A stretch of 37,178 nucleotides of DNA from a virus (IMGVR_UViG_3300012855_000006:1-37178), one strand, 5' to 3'. Positions 27,415-35,568 are shown, counted from the stretch's first letter. Program-made: numbers and translations. Notes: generated by a model from the sequence alone, not told the origin.

Positions 27415-27896
27415 TAGACAGAGCCATTCTTAGCGGCGCTCTGCTGGAATATCGGGTTGCGGGCGATGAAACCCGCGAGCAGGTGAGGCCGCTTTACTAT
27501 GCGCCTGAGTTCGAGGAATGGGTTGAGGATGAGGAACGCCTTGAAGCAAGAACACACTATCAGCATGGGTTGTCTTTAGCAGAACACATCGAGATCCGGC
27601 TTGCTGACTTGGTGTGCGAAAACCCGCTCCACCGCCATGGGATTTTTTCTGTGGATCCCACGTATCAGAGTGTCTGGAAGGTGTCGGCGGAAGGTGTTCG
27701 CCTGTTCGGCTGGTTCTGTAAGCCTGACATCTTCGTGCTCGTAACGGGCGCCTTGAAAACAGACCTCAAACAGAATGCTGACTTGCATCAGGACCACGTA
27801 ACTAGGGTCGCAAATTTTAGAAAGCGTCATGGCTTGGATGATGCCGTGATAAAGGGGGATGTCCGTGAAGTCCTTACGCAAAAACCGGTCGAATAG
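27405..27896 (+). CDS. Putative RelE/HigB-superfamily toxin
   Basis: VWKVSAEGVRLFGWFCKPDIFVLVTGALK resembles the RelE/Gp49 beta-sheet; upstream of an XRE HTH gene; lower GC. Confidence 0.55.
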   Translation: MSTIDRAILSGALLEYRVAGDETREQVRPLYYAPEFEEWVEDEERLEARTHYQHGLSLAEHIEIRLADLVCENPLHRHGIFSVDPTYQSVWKVSAEGVRLFGWFCKPDIFVLVTGALKTDLKQNADLHQDHVTRVANFRKRHGLDDAVIKGDVREVLTQKPVE

Positions 27897-28305
27897 ACGC
27901 GGAATGTTTCTTGGCCTGACAAGCTCGGTCGCGAGCCAGCTTCGGGAGGCCTTTGCCGAGCGCAGGCAGAACCACGGGGAAACCCAGGAAGACATCGCCG
28001 CGCTGCTGGGCGTGAACAGATCAGTCGTCAACCGGCGTCTGCGCTCAGGTTCAAACCTGACACTCGAAACCATTGCCGATATGGCGTGGGCGCTTGGCCG
28101 CGGCGTGAAGATCGACATCTATGATCCGGCAGAAAGAATCGGCTGCAACGAAAGACTTTACTTCTCCGAGCGCGCAACAGTGCCGCTCCCTTCCGAAGGA
28201 GTGTCTGAGGCCCGGGTTCAATTCAATAGTCGGCAAAATGCGCCTGCCCCAACGCGCAACAAGACCCAAATTGAGTTCAAACCGTCTCAACTGGTTCAGG
28301 CATGA
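27859..28305 (+). CDS. XRE-family HTH antitoxin-like protein (HigA-like) with a C-terminal extension
   Basis: TQEDIAALLGVNRSVVNRRLRSGSNLTLETIADMAWALG followed by about 55 aa of polar, low-structure tail. Confidence 0.8.
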   Translation: MSVKSLRKNRSNRRGMFLGLTSSVASQLREAFAERRQNHGETQEDIAALLGVNRSVVNRRLRSGSNLTLETIADMAWALGRGVKIDIYDPAERIGCNERLYFSERATVPLPSEGVSEARVQFNSRQNAPAPTRNKTQIEFKPSQLVQA

Positions 28306-28718
28306 CCATATCCGCTGAATACGTGATCTTGGCCGATTCCATACGTCGCGAGGATAATGGGAAGTTCATCTTCGTTGGCGTTTACACAGGCGATATCGTT
28401 CTGGATCATCCGCCTGCCCCGTTCAACATCGAGGCCTACATCAAGCTGCGGGCTGAAGTTCGGCAGCCGATGGAGTTCACGATCACCGTCCATCAGGCCT
28501 CACGGGAACAACCGATTGCGCGCCTGAGGGCTGATGCGTTCGAAACTCCGGGCGAAGGCCCTGTTTCCGGTGACCTGTTGCTGCCGGCCTTTGGCGTTCG
28601 GGCCGAGGGCCCCGATGAAATCTACTTCACGATGAAGGTGGGCGATGCCGAGGAAACGGAGATCGGGCGAACCAGGATTGTGCTCAAGGATGAGCCGGTG
28701 ACCGACCAGCACGACTGA
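28302..28718 (+). CDS. DUF6941-like beta-sandwich protein
   Basis: ILADSIRREDNGKFIFVGVY motif; ATGA-coupled to the HTH gene. Confidence 0.7.
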   Translation: MTISAEYVILADSIRREDNGKFIFVGVYTGDIVLDHPPAPFNIEAYIKLRAEVRQPMEFTITVHQASREQPIARLRADAFETPGEGPVSGDLLLPAFGVRAEGPDEIYFTMKVGDAEETEIGRTRIVLKDEPVTDQHD

Positions 28719-28719
28719 C

Positions 28720-28749
28720 AAAAACCCCGCCTCGGCGGGGTTTTCTTTT
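28720..28749. terminator. Bidirectional intrinsic terminator
   Basis: AAAAACCCCGC-CTCG-GCGGGGTTTTCTTTT between convergent operons. Confidence 0.9.
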
Positions 28750-28753
28750 GCCC

Positions 28754-29125
28754 CTACTCCGCCCCCTGCTCCACATGCACATGGCCTTCACGGACAAATC
28801 CTCGGCCGGTGGCGAGATCGACCGCGCCCCCTAGGACGCCGCCAAAGAGGATGTTTCCGAGCAGCGCTCCATTGGCCTCGGTTCGGAGGTCCACTTCAAC
28901 AGCTTCACCGTCAGCGAACGTGAAGGTGTATCCTTCCATGACCCGCATCTCGCTGCGCCTCACCTGACAAGGCGTCTGACAGAGCGTGCGCGGCCCTTGG
29001 CTGACATACGCGCCAGAGGGAGCTGACGTAAACAGCACAGCCTGCGAAGGCTCCATCGTGCCTTCAGACAGAGATGCGCAGCCACCCAGCGCGAGGGTGG
29101 CTGCAATCATACTAGCGCGGATCAT
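28754..29125 (-). CDS. Lipoprotein with PEGA-like domain and glycine-zipper
   Basis: Lipobox LGGC; TSAPSGA.V...QTPC; GNILFGGVLGGAVDLATG; ATGA-coupled. Confidence 0.8.
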   Translation of the reverse strand: MIRASMIAATLALGGCASLSEGTMEPSQAVLFTSAPSGAYVSQGPRTLCQTPCQVRRSEMRVMEGYTFTFADGEAVEVDLRTEANGALLGNILFGGVLGGAVDLATGRGFVREGHVHVEQGAE

Positions 29126-29634
29126 TCGAGGAAGTTGTCGATATTGGCCGCGTTCTGCATAGCGGCCTGCTCGTCGCATTCCAGGTCAAGCCGGGCCATC
29201 TCTGCGCAAACTCGATCAGCCTCACCCGAGCGGGTCATGCTGTCCCCCATCATCAGCCACATGTTCTTGTAGCGGCTCTGTTCATTGCGCTCTGCGCGGA
29301 GATAACGATCGCTGGCGTCAAAATAAAAGGTCGCCACTGTCGCATCCACGTCAGACCCGCCGGTGACCATGCCGACGAACGGGATGTATGTGCTGGCGTT
29401 CGTTCGCGCGCGAAGACTGGCATAGCTCCACATACGCTCGCCAGTCTCATCGATTACGGCCACTGCGTGCGGCTGCCCGAAGCTGCGGTGAACATCCATA
29501 ACGGTCGTTTCCCCAGCCTCGAGGGCGGTAAACCGACCGAAATCGTTCACGGCTTGCGTGCCCAGGTTTTGCGCACAGCCCGTCAGACCCAGCGCCGAGA
29601 CCGCAACCAATGCGGCATGTTTGATGGTGCTCAT
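29122..29634 (-). CDS. Lipoprotein, SmpA/OmlA (BamE)-like fold
   Basis: Lipobox LTGC; GETT..DV...FGQP...WSY...YIPFVG...FYFD. Confidence 0.75.
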   Translation of the reverse strand: MSTIKHAALVAVSALGLTGCAQNLGTQAVNDFGRFTALEAGETTVMDVHRSFGQPHAVAVIDETGERMWSYASLRARTNASTYIPFVGMVTGGSDVDATVATFYFDASDRYLRAERNEQSRYKNMWLMMGDSMTRSGEADRVCAEMARLDLECDEQAAMQNAANIDNFLE

Positions 29635-29661
29635 TCGCCCCTCCCTATGTGTGGCGCAACC

Positions 29662-29689
29662 ATTTTAGGCCCGACACCTCGCGCGCCAA
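29662..29689 (-). promoter_or_regulatory. Putative promoter of the lipoprotein operon
   Basis: TTGGCG-N16-TAAAAT on the minus strand, outside the OL operators; GGGAGG RBS follows. Confidence 0.45.
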
Positions 29690-29748
29690 GAGAATATCTA
29701 AAAACGCACTCACCGGAGGCATGAAATTCATTTAGAGAGAACCTGAGA

Positions 29749-29799
29749 GCGGTACTTTTACCGCTTTTTGTTGACGCGGTAATTTTACCGCTGCATAGT
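29749..29799 (+). promoter_or_regulatory. OL / pL: two operators and the early-left promoter
   Basis: GCGGTACTTTTACCGC (29749-29764) and GCGGTAATTTTACCGC (29776-29791); TTGACG-N17-CATAGT (29771-29799). Confidence 0.9.
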
Positions 29800-29858
29800 C
29801 ACGCCATCAAACACCACGCCGGACGCCCAGCGCACACCGGCTCTGATGGGGAAGCGAC

Positions 29859-30188
29859 ATGCTGAACATTGGCGAGAACGCCGAAATCATGGAGCGCCAG
29901 CGGGCGCTCAAGCACGCGGTGCAGAACGCGATTGGCCCCTGCTTCGAGCCCGAACTGAAGATGGTCTGCAATGAGGATCTGGGTGCGCCCTGGCAGGTGC
30001 TGATCAATTTCCGCGCGCCGGGCGGCCAGATCGATCTCACGCCGAAACGCCTGCAGGTCTGGGGCGCGTGCCCCCTCTCCGCGATCGAGGCCGCATTCGC
30101 GGAAGCGCGCCGCCGCTTCACCGAGGCCGAGGCCATGCGCAACGAAGCTCGCGCCGCCCTGTCCCTTGATCAGCAGGGGGCCGCGTGA
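29859..30188 (+). CDS. Hypothetical protein, first gene of the pL operon
   Basis: 109 aa ORF after pL, GGGGA RBS. Confidence 0.65.
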   Translation: MLNIGENAEIMERQRALKHAVQNAIGPCFEPELKMVCNEDLGAPWQVLINFRAPGGQIDLTPKRLQVWGACPLSAIEAAFAEARRRFTEAEAMRNEARAALSLDQQGAA

Positions 30189-30292
30189 TGCGCCGCTTTC
30201 TTCTTGACCTTGCCAGTGACGCACTCAGCGCCTGCGCCGTCTTCGCCTTCTTCGGCGTGGTGATCGTGTGCGCAGCCTGCGCCATCGCCTGA
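30188..30292 (+). CDS. 34-aa hydrophobic peptide
   Basis: TGATG-coupled; MRRFLLDLASDALSACAVFAFFGVVIVCAACAIA*; not in the ORF track. Confidence 0.6.
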   Translation: MRRFLLDLASDALSACAVFAFFGVVIVCAACAIA

Positions 30293-30300
30293 CCCTTTCC

Positions 30301-30381
30301 GCTGGCGTCCTCAACCGCCAGCACCACCGCGACCGGGGTTTCGCTCAACGCTCCCCCCAGCCTGAAAGCTGCCCCGGTCGC
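30301..30381 (+). ncRNA. Tandem hairpins with C/U-rich loops (unit 1)
   Basis: GCTGGCG-TCCTCAAC-CGCCAGC; GCGACCGGGG...CTCCCCCC...CCCCGGTCGC. Confidence 0.45.
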
Positions 30382-30403
30382 TAGCCCTTTCATGAGGCCC
30401 GAT

Positions 30404-30652
30404 ATGTCGAAGCCTGATTTCATCTACGACCCTGAAGAGTGGGAATACACGGTCCCGTTTGAGGACAAGGCGAACATGGCGGACGACCTCTCAAACTGCG
30501 AGGTCAAGCGCTTCTCCACGCTCATCAAGGGCCCGGATATCTTCGCCGCGCGCGTGCCCACCGGCGTCGATGAATGCGGTGATGTGACCGACAGCGAGCT
30601 TGAATGGTTCGATACGCTGGAAGCCGCCCAGGCTGCCGCAAGCCCCTACTGA
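30404..30652 (+). CDS. Small acidic hypothetical protein
   Basis: GAGG RBS; MSKPDFIYDPEEWE... Confidence 0.65.
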   Translation: MSKPDFIYDPEEWEYTVPFEDKANMADDLSNCEVKRFSTLIKGPDIFAARVPTGVDECGDVTDSELEWFDTLEAAQAAASPY

Positions 30653-30660
30653 ATAGCCCT

Positions 30661-30737
30661 TTCGCCGGCGTCGTCTCCTCCCCTGTGTGAGCGCCGGAAC
30701 ACTGGCCGGGCGAGTCCTCTTTTGCCGCTCGCCCGGC
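30661..30737 (+). ncRNA. Tandem hairpins with anti-SD-like loops (unit 2, cuckoo-like)
   Basis: CCGGCG...TCTCCTCCCC...CGCCGG; GCCGGGCGAG-TCCTCTTTTGCCG-CTCGCCCGGC. Confidence 0.5.
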
Positions 30738-30759
30738 GCCTTTCTCTCGGAGACTGGAT

Positions 30760-31395
30760 ATGACTGACAAGCACTGCCTCTTCGCCGTCGCTGATGCCGA
30801 TCCGGCCCGCTCGATTTGCGAAACCTTCCGCGCCGAGTTCAACGCCGCACGCAAGGCGCAGTTTGAATGGGTTAAGCGACAGGCGCCCCATGCGGACTCT
30901 GCTGCCCTGAAGCAAGGTCACTCATCCCGCATCGGCATCTTTCACGCCGATCTGGACCGGAAGCTCTGGACCAATCCCGACAAGAAGGGCTGTCAGTTCC
31001 CGCGGGCTTCGGCCAAGGCGCTCATGAAGGAGATGGCCGCCATCCCGGCATTGCCCGGTGGTGAAGTGCTGGCCCGGCGCCTGGGCGTGATCGACACCAT
31101 GCAATACGAGAGAGGCGGGAGCATAAAAGGCGGCGGCGCGATCGGGCCGCTGTCCATGGCCTTCAATGGCGGCGTCACTCCCTTCTGGGGCGCTGCAGAG
31201 GGCCGCATCCTGATGAAGATGGTTGATGCGGCATCTGCTGCGGCGGACCACCTCAAGGAAAACCCGGACGACATCATCACCACGCCCGGCGCCATCGACT
31301 GGAAGCCGATGGAAGGCTTGCGGGTCATCTCTGAAGATGAGGCGATGGCGATCTTTCACACCGACAAGGCGGCCTCTTCGGAGCAAGCCGCATGA
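30760..31395 (+). CDS. Hypothetical protein
   Basis: 211 aa, GGAG RBS, phage-like codon usage. Confidence 0.7.
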   Translation: MTDKHCLFAVADADPARSICETFRAEFNAARKAQFEWVKRQAPHADSAALKQGHSSRIGIFHADLDRKLWTNPDKKGCQFPRASAKALMKEMAAIPALPGGEVLARRLGVIDTMQYERGGSIKGGGAIGPLSMAFNGGVTPFWGAAEGRILMKMVDAASAAADHLKENPDDIITTPGAIDWKPMEGLRVISEDEAMAIFHTDKAASSEQAA

Positions 31396-31517
31396 CCCGC
31401 CCCCTGTTCCATCGCCGCCCGCGCTGGCTCACCTACACCGCGTGGGAATACATCGCCTTCGCGCTCATCTGCGCGGCGGCGGGCGTGGTGCTCCATTTCA
31501 CCGGGATCAAGCCATGA
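31392..31517 (+). CDS. 41-aa membrane peptide
   Basis: ATGA-coupled at both ends; [41 protein letters not shown]. Confidence 0.6.
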   Translation: MTRPLFHRRPRWLTYTAWEYIAFALICAAAGVVLHFTGIKP

Positions 31518-32431
31518 GCGATGACGCCCGCCTCAAGCGCCGGGTGCTGGACAAGCGCACCCGCCGCCATCGCCGCCCCCTGCCGTCTGTCGAGCGCGGC
31601 GTGCAGATTGCCGCCTATGCGGTTCACACCACCGGGCTGGCGCCGTCTGACCGGGTGTGTGAACTCGGCGTGGCCACGCTTGAGCTCGCACTGAAGGCGC
31701 GCGAAGGTTCCGCGCCCCGCGTCACCGATGTGCAGAGCGCCCTGGTTGATCCCGGCATGGCCATCGCTCCGGCGGCCACTGAAGTCCATGGCGTGACCGA
31801 CAAGATGGTGCACGGCCAGCCCTCCTTCACAACGGTCTGGTCCCGGCTGGGGCGGCCTGCGCCGTGGATCGCGGCGTACAATGCCGACTTCGCGCTGATG
31901 CATCTGCCCGTCAGCAAGGATCGCATGATCTGCACCCTCGCCTGTGCGCGGTTGCTGATGCCCGAGCAGCAGCACTTCAGTCTCGATGCGCTCGTGCAGG
32001 GGCTGGACCTCCCCCGGCCGGACAACGCCGCCACACGCGCCGCCATCGGGCCGGGCGCGGGGCTGGACGCGTGGAACGTGGCCTGGCTGGCCGAACGCCT
32101 CACCCGACTTGCGGCGCCCGAAGAGCTGGCCGCCATCACCGCACAGGCGCGGGAGGCTGCGCGCCAGCCCGTCGAGATCACCGGATCTACCCCCCTGCCT
32201 TTTGGCAAGCACCGGGGCCGGGCGCTGTCTGACGAACAGGGCGTGCCCACCCACTACGTGGCGTGGATCGCCGGCAACTACACCGGCCGTGATGCCGGCC
32301 AGTGGCGCGCCGCGGCCAGCAAGGAGCTGACCCGCCGCCACGCCGATCCCTGCGATCCGTCCGTTTACCAGATCGCCCGCGGGGCACAGCCCCGCACGGC
32401 AAGTGATGAACCCGGCGCACCCAGCGCATGA
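31514..32431 (+). CDS. DnaQ/DEDDh exonuclease-fold protein with a degenerate active site and a C-terminal PFGKH module
   Basis: TTGL...[15 protein letters not shown]...[28 protein letters not shown]; C-terminal LPFGKHRG..L....P..YVAW. Catalytic motifs are altered. Confidence 0.85.
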   Translation: MSDDARLKRRVLDKRTRRHRRPLPSVERGVQIAAYAVHTTGLAPSDRVCELGVATLELALKAREGSAPRVTDVQSALVDPGMAIAPAATEVHGVTDKMVHGQPSFTTVWSRLGRPAPWIAAYNADFALMHLPVSKDRMICTLACARLLMPEQQHFSLDALVQGLDLPRPDNAATRAAIGPGAGLDAWNVAWLAERLTRLAAPEELAAITAQAREAARQPVEITGSTPLPFGKHRGRALSDEQGVPTHYVAWIAGNYTGRDAGQWRAAASKELTRRHADPCDPSVYQIARGAQPRTASDEPGAPSA

Positions 32432-32457
32432 CCCAACCCCACCAGAAGGAACACCCC

Positions 32458-32742
32458 ATGGCCGACTTTGCAGCATCCGCGCCCGAGAAAGACCAATCCG
32501 ACGCCATCGGCGCCGCCGCCCGCGATCAGCTCCGCGCTCTGGTGGCGCGCATCGAGCGCCTGGAAGAAGACAAGGCCCAGGTCGCCGCTGAGATCAAGGA
32601 GGTCTACGCCGAGGCCAAGTCCAACGGCTATGACACCACCGTGCTCCGCAAGGTCATCGCCCTGCGCAAGCAGGACTCCCACGAACGGCAGGAAATGGAA
32701 GCCCTGCTTGAGCTGTATCTGGGCGCTGTGGGGGAGCACTGA
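32458..32742 (+). CDS. gapR: GapR-like (DUF2312) nucleoid-associated protein
   Basis: [17 protein letters not shown]...[24 protein letters not shown]...E.EALLELY; AAGGA RBS. Confidence 0.92.
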   Translation: MADFAASAPEKDQSDAIGAAARDQLRALVARIERLEEDKAQVAAEIKEVYAEAKSNGYDTTVLRKVIALRKQDSHERQEMEALLELYLGAVGEH

Positions 32743-32744
32743 GG

Positions 32745-33218
32745 ATGGACCGCCCTCTGAACGATCCGGTGGTCAAGGAGATCATGAAGACCAAATGGCT
32801 GCGGCCCCACTGGATCGCGCGCGGCGTGGTTTGCGCTGTCATCGCATCAGCTTTCGTGGATACCGGCGCGGGCCTGATTGTGTTGGCTGGGATGATGTTC
32901 GCCATGACCAGTGCAGAACACTTGCGCACGCTCATTGGCGTCGTGACAGCGGTCGAAGTGATGAAGCTTGCGGCGGCGGACACAATACAGGAGCAGCGCG
33001 CCGCCGCCGTCAAAGTCCGCACCGTTGGCGGCGTCGATTGGTGGCTGGTGCTGGGCCTTGAGAACCGCCCGCGCACTCTGGCTGAAGCCGACGCCGCCTA
33101 CCGCAACGCCGTGAAATACGCGCACCCGGACGCCGGCGGGAACGCCGCCGTCTTCAAGGCCGTCAAGAGCGCGCACCTGATCGGCAAAACCGAGCTGCGG
33201 AGCGCCGGCCATGCCTAA
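32745..33218 (+). CDS. Membrane-anchored protein with a C-terminal J-domain
   Basis: Hydrophobic N-terminal half; WWLVLGL...AAYRNAVKYAHPDAGG...F with the HPD motif. Confidence 0.75.
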   Translation: MDRPLNDPVVKEIMKTKWLRPHWIARGVVCAVIASAFVDTGAGLIVLAGMMFAMTSAEHLRTLIGVVTAVEVMKLAAADTIQEQRAAAVKVRTVGGVDWWLVLGLENRPRTLAEADAAYRNAVKYAHPDAGGNAAVFKAVKSAHLIGKTELRSAGHA

Positions 33219-33402
33219 CCTCACCCTGCACCTGGACGCCTCCGAGGTGGAATGGCTGGCCGACGTGCTCGAACACGCCGCCGAGGGAAGCTGTGACCAT
33301 CCCTGCCCCATCCAGGGCGGGTGCGTGATCCACCGCGCGAGGCATCTGCAAGACGTTCTGAAAGCTGCAGCCCAGCGCGCACAGCAAGACATGAAAGGCT
33401 GA
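33211..33402 (+). CDS. Hypothetical protein
   Basis: 63 aa, GGAG RBS, Cys/His cluster. Confidence 0.55.
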   Translation: MPNLTLHLDASEVEWLADVLEHAAEGSCDHPCPIQGGCVIHRARHLQDVLKAAAQRAQQDMKG

Positions 33403-33405
33403 ACA

Positions 33406-34335
33406 ATGCATAGCGTGAGAGACGAAGTGCGGCGCAAATTGGAATGGTTTGACCGCGAATGGATGTGCGGCGACAACTTGAGCCTTGTGTTTTGTGGCCT
33501 GATTGAAAGCCACCTTGGCCTCCCAAAAGACCCGGACAACGACACCGGCTGGCATGAGGATGTCGAGACCGAATGTGACGCCACGCTAAACGCCCTCACA
33601 GACGCCATCATGTCAGCGCTTAAGCGCGGAGCTGGTGTGGTGGTGAAGGAGTTGGAGTGGGAGCCTTACGTAGGCATCGGGGTAAAGGCTTCCAGCGTTG
33701 CCGGTGTATACAAGGCATTCCCCAATCTCTGCTGGCTAGACGGCGTTGAGCTGATCGACGTGACCGACGACACTCTCGAAGCCGCCAAGGCGGCCTGTCA
33801 GGCCGACTTCGCCAAGCGCATCACCGCAGCTCTCTCCTCTCGTACTGAAGAAGAGCGCGTGGTTCCGGCATATATCCGCGAGCGGGCCGGCGAGGAGATC
33901 GCCCAGATCAAGGCGAGCATTGGCCGGGATGAACCCAAAGCTGAAGAGCCGTTTCAAGACCGGGTGTGCCCGTGGGTGGTGTCCTGTTTCGGTGAAGACA
34001 TTGCCGCAGACAAGCTCGAACGGAACGACCGCTTCATTGAGGAGGCATTGGAGCTGACGCAAGCGTGCGGATACGACCGCGAACGCGCTCACGCACTTGT
34101 CGATTATGTCTTCGACCGCGAGCCGGGCGAGCCCTCGCAGGAAGTTGGCGGCGTCATGGTCACGCTCGCCGCTCACTGCTTGGCGCATGGCATGAACATG
34201 CACGCTGACGGAGAGCGCGAGCTTGCCCGTATCAGCGCACCCGAGATCATGGCGAAAATCCGGGCCAAGCAGGCCGCAAAACCCAAAGGCTCTGCGCTTC
34301 CCGTCGCACGCTCTCTCACTAATGGAGGTGAGTGA
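33406..34335 (+). CDS. Mosaic early protein with a C-terminal MazG-like (all-alpha NTP pyrophosphatase) domain
   Basis: VKELEW...LEAAKAACQADF module, then FQDRV..W...CFG...RF.EEALEL...QEVGGVMVTLAA. Confidence 0.65.
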   Translation: MHSVRDEVRRKLEWFDREWMCGDNLSLVFCGLIESHLGLPKDPDNDTGWHEDVETECDATLNALTDAIMSALKRGAGVVVKELEWEPYVGIGVKASSVAGVYKAFPNLCWLDGVELIDVTDDTLEAAKAACQADFAKRITAALSSRTEEERVVPAYIRERAGEEIAQIKASIGRDEPKAEEPFQDRVCPWVVSCFGEDIAADKLERNDRFIEEALELTQACGYDRERAHALVDYVFDREPGEPSQEVGGVMVTLAAHCLAHGMNMHADGERELARISAPEIMAKIRAKQAAKPKGSALPVARSLTNGGE

Positions 34336-34646
34336 TGCGCCCCGTCACATACATCACCAGCATGGCTCGCAGCTTTCGGCACTCGCCGGGTCTGGCCGCA
34401 CAATACTTGGCGCAAGAGCTGTTGCGGTGGAGCCTGTGGACAATCCTCAGCCCGCTCGTGCTGCTCGTTCTCGTGCTGCTCCTCATTCGGGAAGTATTCG
34501 AGCGCGCAGGGAAGCTGGTCGAAACATACATCATCGGCCCGACGCTTGGCCCAATCTGGGCGGCTCTGGATGGCTGGCGCAGCAGCATTAAGACCCGCCT
34601 GATTGCGCGCCGCAAGGCATGGGAGGCGGCGCGGTCTCATGACTGA
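34335..34646 (+). CDS. Hypothetical membrane protein
   Basis: GGAGG RBS; hydrophobic stretch ILSPLVLLVLVLLLI. Confidence 0.6.
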   Translation: MRPVTYITSMARSFRHSPGLAAQYLAQELLRWSLWTILSPLVLLVLVLLLIREVFERAGKLVETYIIGPTLGPIWAALDGWRSSIKTRLIARRKAWEAARSHD

Positions 34647-34974
34647 TCAAGAACACACACACCGCGACCTGTACGGCTGCAATCACCATCACCCCATCAA
34701 GCCGGATGAAGAAGAGTTCGTGGACTTCGGGGCCGGGCGATTTGTGGCCGACAAGCCGATGATCCCGCTTTTGAAAGCGCTCAACGAGATCGGGCTGCGC
34801 ACCCGCACCCACAACTATGGTGGCGCAGACGTGGCCTTCTTCAGCATCATTCTGGACGAGCATGTCCGCGTGGAATGCAGGCCGGTGAATGAGATCGACG
34901 CCAACCGCGACACCTTCAACGGCGAGCGAGAGCTTTTGATCATGTTTCGACCCACCAAAGGACAAGACCGATGA
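34639..34974 (+). CDS. Hypothetical protein
   Basis: MTDQEH...ADKPMIPLLKALNEIGLRT; overlapping coupling. Confidence 0.6.
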   Translation: MTDQEHTHRDLYGCNHHHPIKPDEEEFVDFGAGRFVADKPMIPLLKALNEIGLRTRTHNYGGADVAFFSIILDEHVRVECRPVNEIDANRDTFNGERELLIMFRPTKGQDR

Positions 34975-35177
34975 GTGATGTGAAGCGCCTGACAGTTCGC
35001 ACGCTCGATAGTGAGCCGACGCACTCAGTTTGCATGGACGAACAATGCAGCTGGGTGTGTCACGGCCATAAAGCCAGATCAGAGGCTAGGAGGCATGTCC
35101 GCAACACCGGCCATGCCGTCTCCGTCGAGGTCAGGTCAGACTTTCTTATCGAGCGCAAGGAGCCTACCCATGACTGA
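34971..35177 (+). CDS. Small C2H2-like zinc-finger protein
   Basis: CMDEQCSW...ARRHVRNTGH. Confidence 0.55.
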   Translation: MSDVKRLTVRTLDSEPTHSVCMDEQCSWVCHGHKARSEARRHVRNTGHAVSVEVRSDFLIERKEPTHD

Positions 35178-35568
35178 TGCAGAACTGGAAGAGCTGGAGG
35201 CTTTGCTGGCGGGCTCCGTGGACCTGCCTTGGAGGTGTGGGGAAATGTGGCGCCCGCCCATACCTGGATCACAGCATACCGGAGATCGTGTGGACAGTGA
35301 AGGCAACGTGTTCTGGGGATACTCGCTCTCAGGGTCCAACGAGAGCGGGGGCGCAATCCTGCCAACGCTGGGGGCTGTTCACAATTTTCCCAACGAGTGC
35401 GAGTCTAACGCCTCCCTTATCGTGAAGGCCGTCAACGCCCTCCCTTCCCTCATCTCCACCATACGGGAACTGAGAGAAGAAAATGCCGAGCTGAAAGACG
35501 AACTCGCCACGGTTTCAGATCGCCTTGAGCAGGCGAACCAAGCCCTTGAGGAACAGTCAGATGCTTGA
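35170..35568 (+). CDS. Ead/Ea22-like early protein
   Basis: AAGGAG RBS; ELEELEALL....PW...NASLIVKAVNALPSLI..IRELR. Confidence 0.6.
   Translation: MTDAELEELEALLAGSVDLPWRCGEMWRPPIPGSQHTGDRVDSEGNVFWGYSLSGSNESGGAILPTLGAVHNFPNECESNASLIVKAVNALPSLISTIRELREENAELKDELATVSDRLEQANQALEEQSDA

Noticed and set aside
31223-31513. N-terminal extension of the exonuclease-like ORF
   Set aside because: Overlaps two better-supported coupled genes; the ATGA-coupled start at 31514 is preferred.
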